A DNA stretch of 39,454 nucleotides, taken from the IMG/VR virus record IMGVR_UViG_3300042879_001567, positions 1-39,454 of that record; one strand, given 5' to 3'. The first letter of the stretch is position 1. Every line of letters begins with the position of its first letter. The notes under the pieces are model-generated. The model ran no database searches, had not been told where the DNA came from, and saw only the letters and a list, made by a program, of their open reading frames with translations. Of the stretch, positions 35,842 through 39,454 are shown piece by piece. Source of the stretch: a virus (taxonomy: Duplodnaviria > Caudoviricetes). A program made the translations under genes and the position numbers.

Positions 35842-36522
35842 TCAGCGCCCCGAGATCCAAGAGGTGACCTGCTGCGGCTTCACTTCGCGCTGGTTGGAGT
35901 CGGACGCACGCGCCTGCGCGAGGAAGCCCATCGCCACCTGACGCTGGCGGTTGCCCTCGGCGGCGCCCTCCGTACCCTTCACGACCGGGCCTGCGAGCAT
36001 CGACGCGAGGTAGTGCGAAAGCGCAATCGCGAACAGCGGGTCGAACTTCGTCGGGTCGGTCACAAGCGCCTGGTAGCGCAGGAGCGCGTTCTCCTGGTTC
36101 GTGTAGATCACCTTGTTCCCGAGCGTGTCTGTCTCGATCTGGTACTCCTGCGGCACGTACACGCCTGCGCCCGGGAGCGGCGGCGTGATCCACCCGTACC
36201 CGTACTTGTCGGCCGGGTATGCGCGGATTGAGTAGTCGCTCTCGGCCTCCGGCGGCAGGATTGCCACCGCGGTCAGCATGTCTGCCGGCGCCGCGTATGC
36301 GTACTTCCACATGGTGTACGGCATCGTCACCTGCGCGAGGCTGACGCGCCTCGAGGCGAACGACCAGTTGTGCATCTGGAGCAGGGTGTCCCGTGCGATG
36401 GGGTAGAACCGGGCGCAATGCTCCGACTGCGCCGATCCCTCCGGTGGGTCAATGCTGGCGACCGTGGCATCGTCGCCGAGGTGCGCCAGCGCGAGGTTGC
36501 AGATTTCCACGACTGACGGCAT
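35842..36522 (-). CDS. Tail adaptor (tail tubular protein A, T7 gp11-like)
   Basis: ATG 36522 after GGGAGG; VEICNLALAHLG, HNWSFA, FDPLFAIAL. Confidence 0.88.
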   Translation of the reverse strand: MPSVVEICNLALAHLGDDATVASIDPPEGSAQSEHCARFYPIARDTLLQMHNWSFASRRVSLAQVTMPYTMWKYAYAAPADMLTAVAILPPEAESDYSIRAYPADKYGYGWITPPLPGAGVYVPQEYQIETDTLGNKVIYTNQENALLRYQALVTDPTKFDPLFAIALSHYLASMLAGPVVKGTEGAAEGNRQRQVAMGFLAQARASDSNQREVKPQQVTSWISGR

Positions 36523-36540
36523 GGGCGCCTCCCGTTCCGA

Positions 36541-36573
36541 AAGAGGGGGGTCGGGGTTTCCCTCCGACCCCCC
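36541..36573 (-). terminator. Terminator after the capsid genes
   Basis: GGGGGGTCGG..GG-GAAA-CC..CCGACCCCCC followed by a short pyrimidine tail. Confidence 0.7.
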
Positions 36574-36595
36574 CATAAGTCACGTCATGCTCGGA

Positions 36596-36790
36596 TCATT
36601 CCGACACTTCGGTCGCAGCCCTTCCACGCTTGCGAAGCTTCGGGGCTTCGGGCGCGGAATCCTCGTCCTGCGGAACCGCCTCGAGCGGTTCCATCAGTTC
36701 GGGGATGAACTTGCTGCCGCAGTCGAAGATTTCGCCTTCGCGGCGGTAGCCGTTGTTGATGAAACAATCCATTAGTGCCTTGACCTGCAT
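36596..36790 (-). CDS. Small head-region protein, 64 aa
   Basis: MQVKALMDCFINNGYRREGEIF; downstream of the cement gene. Confidence 0.6.
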   Translation of the reverse strand: MQVKALMDCFINNGYRREGEIFDCGSKFIPELMEPLEAVPQDEDSAPEAPKLRKRGRAATEVSE

Positions 36791-36801
36791 GTCGTTGATC
36801 C

Positions 36802-37314
36802 TTACTGAACGGCGAAGCCGGAAGCGTAAGCCTTGCGGCCGTCCTGAATGTCCATCGTCAGGTAGGCGCAGATGCTGCCGGTGGTCGGGGTCGATCCGGT
36901 CGTGTGGTAACGGGCGCCGAGGTAACGGCGACCGAGCGCGCCACCGAACGCCGTAGGCTTGAGGGCCGACGGGTTGATGCGAACATAGAACTGGCTGTTC
37001 GCCGTGGACAGGCCGTCCGCGAGGAGGATGCGACCGGACGATCCGACCGCGGTCGGGTTCGTGGTGAGCGCATCATCGTCAGCCACGATGACCTCCATCT
37101 CAAGCGAGGTCAGGGTGTTGTAGGCCGCGACGATGGTGAAGCACACGTACAGGTCGCCGCCTTCACCGATGTCACGAGCCTGAACCAGGTCGATGGCATT
37201 GGTGGAAACGACAGCCGTACCGGCAACGGGCCGAGCCGCCTGCCCAGTGATGGCACCAGACTGCGGGACGGTCCCGCTGATGACTGCATTGCTGCTAAAG
37301 ACGTCGAAAATCAT
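36802..37314 (-). CDS. Capsid cement/decoration protein (Bbp16-like)
   Basis: VSTNAIDL...RDIGEG..L, RRYLGARY, TTGSI.A; follows the major capsid gene. Confidence 0.8.
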   Translation of the reverse strand: MIFDVFSSNAVISGTVPQSGAITGQAARPVAGTAVVSTNAIDLVQARDIGEGGDLYVCFTIVAAYNTLTSLEMEVIVADDDALTTNPTAVGSSGRILLADGLSTANSQFYVRINPSALKPTAFGGALGRRYLGARYHTTGSTPTTGSICAYLTMDIQDGRKAYASGFAVQ

Positions 37315-37345
37315 TGTGTTGTTCTCCCTTCAGGAGTTGCGTGGA

Positions 37346-38377
37346 TCAGGAAACCTGATCTTCGGTGTTGACGATGGCATCGACGCAGCGCAGGGGGACG
37401 CCCTGGAAGGTCAGCCAGCTGTACGGGGTGCCGAACTGCGACAGACCCTCGTTGACCTTGAGGACGTACTGGCTCTTGTCGAGCGCAGCAATCGCAAGGC
37501 CGGAGTGGACGGTGCGGTTCATGTAGAACGCAGCGCGACCCATCGCCATGTTGGGGACGCGGTAGAGCGCACGGCTCATCAGCTTCATGATCGCGTTTGC
37601 GGAGCCGGAAGCCTGACTGTCCGCCTGCCCAAGCAGAGCGGTCGTGTTGATGTTGGCGATGCGGACCACGTAGCGCCAATCCTTCACGACGAGGCCGTTC
37701 TTCCACTGGTAACGAGTGGCGTAGGCCTGCATGCGGTTTGAGCCGTCATACACGGTCTGCTCGCCGAGATCCTCGTGCATGAGGCCGGCGCTGCTGCCCT
37801 TCGGGAACGGGCAGTAGACGGTGTTGTCGCCCCACACGACGAGGTAGATCGACGTGTTGGCGGTCGCCGAATAGCTGCTTCCCGTGAGAGCGTTCAGGAC
37901 GTTCTGCGAGTTGTTCGAGCCGGACAGCGCAGAGTAACGCGGCGCCAGGCCGAGGAACTGCTTCGGGTCGGTCGAGGGGTTGCCGTAGAACAGCGTGGTC
38001 GCCATCGTCTTGTTCATGGCTTCAAGGAAGGCCACGTCTTCGGACAGGCGGAACTGCGCCGTGTTGCCGTTGAGCATGGCGAGATCCTTGTCAACCTCGC
38101 TGCGGGCTTCGAGGATGCCGCAAGCCTCATCGACCTGTGCGGTCGTGGACTTGCTGTTCGGGATGCCCTGGTTGAGGGCGCGCCAGTAGACGGTGGGAAG
38201 GCCCGTGCGGATCACCACGCGCTCGCCGGTGGGCAGGTTGCCCTCCTTGAACACGCAGTCCTCGAGGACTTCGTTGGTCTGGGACAGGAGTTCCGCGATG
38301 ACCGGGATGCGGCCCTCGGGATCGATGCGCTTGGCCCACTCGGCCAGCGACAGGTTGTTGGTTGAAAGTGCTGCCAT
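37346..38377 (-). CDS. Major capsid protein (BPP-1 Bbp17/epsilon15 gp7-like)
   Basis: ELLSQTNE, RTGLP, FYGN...GLAPRY, SIYLVVWG, DWRYVVRIANI, GVPLR.VDA. Confidence 0.95.
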   Translation of the reverse strand: MAALSTNNLSLAEWAKRIDPEGRIPVIAELLSQTNEVLEDCVFKEGNLPTGERVVIRTGLPTVYWRALNQGIPNSKSTTAQVDEACGILEARSEVDKDLAMLNGNTAQFRLSEDVAFLEAMNKTMATTLFYGNPSTDPKQFLGLAPRYSALSGSNNSQNVLNALTGSSYSATANTSIYLVVWGDNTVYCPFPKGSSAGLMHEDLGEQTVYDGSNRMQAYATRYQWKNGLVVKDWRYVVRIANINTTALLGQADSQASGSANAIMKLMSRALYRVPNMAMGRAAFYMNRTVHSGLAIAALDKSQYVLKVNEGLSQFGTPYSWLTFQGVPLRCVDAIVNTEDQVS

Positions 38378-38398
38378 TTGATTGGCTCCTTGTGTTGG

Positions 38399-39091
38399 TT
38401 AGGACTGACTTGAGTACAGAGCATCGGCGAAGTCATTGAACGAGCGCGGGCCGGCGGGCTTCGCCGCACCCTTCGTTCCAGTGACCATCCGATCCTCACT
38501 GATTGCCTTGCCTGCGCGGAACATGAACCGGATCACCTCCGGGTGGTTCCCCAGGCCAGACTCGTTGAGCAGAGAGCGGAGTTCGGTCGTGCCGAACGCA
38601 TCGAGCGCCTTCTTCGCGACGGAAAGGTTCTCCGGCAGCTTCTCGCCGCCGAACTCCTTGTCACCCTTCGATGACTCGGCCCATCCCGTGCGAACCGCCT
38701 CGATCTGTGCCATCTGACGCTCGGCCATCTTGGGTGCCATGGCGTCGAGGACACGCTGCGCGGCCTCCTGCGACAGGTTGAGTTCGCGTGCGACCTCGGA
38801 GTACGTGGTCAAGACCTCGGCATCGAACTGCTTGCCTTCGGGAACCTTGAACTCGTACTTCTCCGGCGCTGCCTTCACCTCGGCCTTGGCCTCGGGTTCG
38901 GCTGCCGGCTGGTCGCCCGCGACGGTTTCCGCAGCGGCCGCCTTGGCGGCTTGCGGCTCCTGGGTCGCAGTCGGCTTCTGCCCGTCCCCGTAGAGCTTCT
39001 CGGCCGTCGCCGAGGTGCTTGCAGGGGCCGAAGATGACGGGGCGGCATTAGTGGTCGTTGCTGCCGCTTCCACCATCGATGGTTCTGTCAT
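38399..39091 (-). CDS. Capsid scaffolding protein
   Basis: APEKYEF..PEG, ELNLSQE.AQ, GLGNHPEVIR...GKAISED; upstream of the major capsid gene. Confidence 0.8.
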   Translation of the reverse strand: MTEPSMVEAAATTTNAAPSSSAPASTSATAEKLYGDGQKPTATQEPQAAKAAAAETVAGDQPAAEPEAKAEVKAAPEKYEFKVPEGKQFDAEVLTTYSEVARELNLSQEAAQRVLDAMAPKMAERQMAQIEAVRTGWAESSKGDKEFGGEKLPENLSVAKKALDAFGTTELRSLLNESGLGNHPEVIRFMFRAGKAISEDRMVTGTKGAAKPAGPRSFNDFADALYSSQS

Positions 39092-39395
39092 TCGTGTTCT
39101 CCTTCATCATCACTGGATACAGCTCGGGACACTGGGCGTGGACGATTGCGAGCATCCGAAGCCCGTAGTTCCTGTTCCCCTCGGCGAAGGCCATTGCCAT
39201 CGCGTTGGTGTTGAACGACGAGCGGAAGATGCCGGCAGCGTCGAGGAGCCGCCAGATGACCCTGCGGCCCCTCTTGTTGCCCATGAGCCACTTGACGTCG
39301 CCCTCCTCGTTGTCGCGGTCCAGTCGTTCGCGGAGGTCGCGCTGCGCCTTCGCCTTCTCCTGGCCCCGCAGGTCGAGCGGGTCATAGTTGCTCAC
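39048..39395 (-). CDS. Bbp19-like conserved phage protein
   Basis: GRRVIWRLL..AG.F...AFAEG.R..G; sits in the head gene cluster. Confidence 0.75.
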   Translation of the reverse strand: MSNYDPLDLRGQEKAKAQRDLRERLDRDNEEGDVKWLMGNKRGRRVIWRLLDAAGIFRSSFNTNAMAMAFAEGNRNYGLRMLAIVHAQCPELYPVMMKENTNDRTIDGGSGSNDH

Positions 39396-39454
39396 GATGC
39401 CATCCTACCAAATGCGATGTTTCGCATTGCGAAGATCAGCCGCCGTACAGCATC
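39328..39454. repeat. 127-bp terminal direct repeat (copy 2)
   Basis: Identical to 1..127. Confidence 0.95.
39402..39433 (-). promoter_or_regulatory. Extended -10 promoter of the capsid operon with palindromic operator
   Basis: TGgTAGGAT 6 nt before GTG 39395; AATGCGA-N4-TCGCATT inverted repeat. Confidence 0.5.

Noticed and set aside
37311-37360. Programmed frameshift extending or fusing the major capsid protein
   Set aside because: There is a small hairpin over the stop (GATCAGG-TTT-CCTGATC), but no convincing slippery heptamer, and the cement frame has a stop before its ATG.
39328-39454. 127-bp repeat as a biological terminal repeat
   Set aside because: The length equals a common assembler k-mer and the repeat cuts through coding sequence, so it is best explained as a circular overlap.

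Overview
The window is an apparently complete, circularly assembled genome of a GC-rich podovirus. It has about 39,327 bp of unique sequence, and the first and last 127 bp are an identical overlap. The minus strand carries a BPP-1/epsilon15/T7-type virion module: TerS, TerL, GNAT, portal, scaffold, major capsid, cement, adaptor, nozzle, three ejection proteins, a beta-helix tailspike and a second fibre. Replication and recombination are lambdoid-like: a DUF1376/YdaU-like initiator with internal 12-bp iterons, Bet/RecT, Gp157 and RusA. I could not recognise an integrase, DNA or RNA polymerase, tRNA, CRISPR array, DGR or endolysin. The first notable unannotated signal is an RNA-level control region at about 7.1-7.4 kb, where overlapping divergent promoters appear to drive a pseudoknot/switch leader of the initiator and a ~140-nt structured sRNA. 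That sRNA shares a GGC-N5-GCC hairpin with three early-promoter leaders and displays a CsrA-type ANGGAN loop, and the phage encodes a CsrA-like protein. The second is a 2996-aa polyvalent ejection protein with ART-like, HhH-glycosylase-like and zincin cassettes. The third is a lysis region with a u-spanin-like lipoprotein but no visible muralytic enzyme. All family assignments come from motif recognition by eye; no database searches were run.
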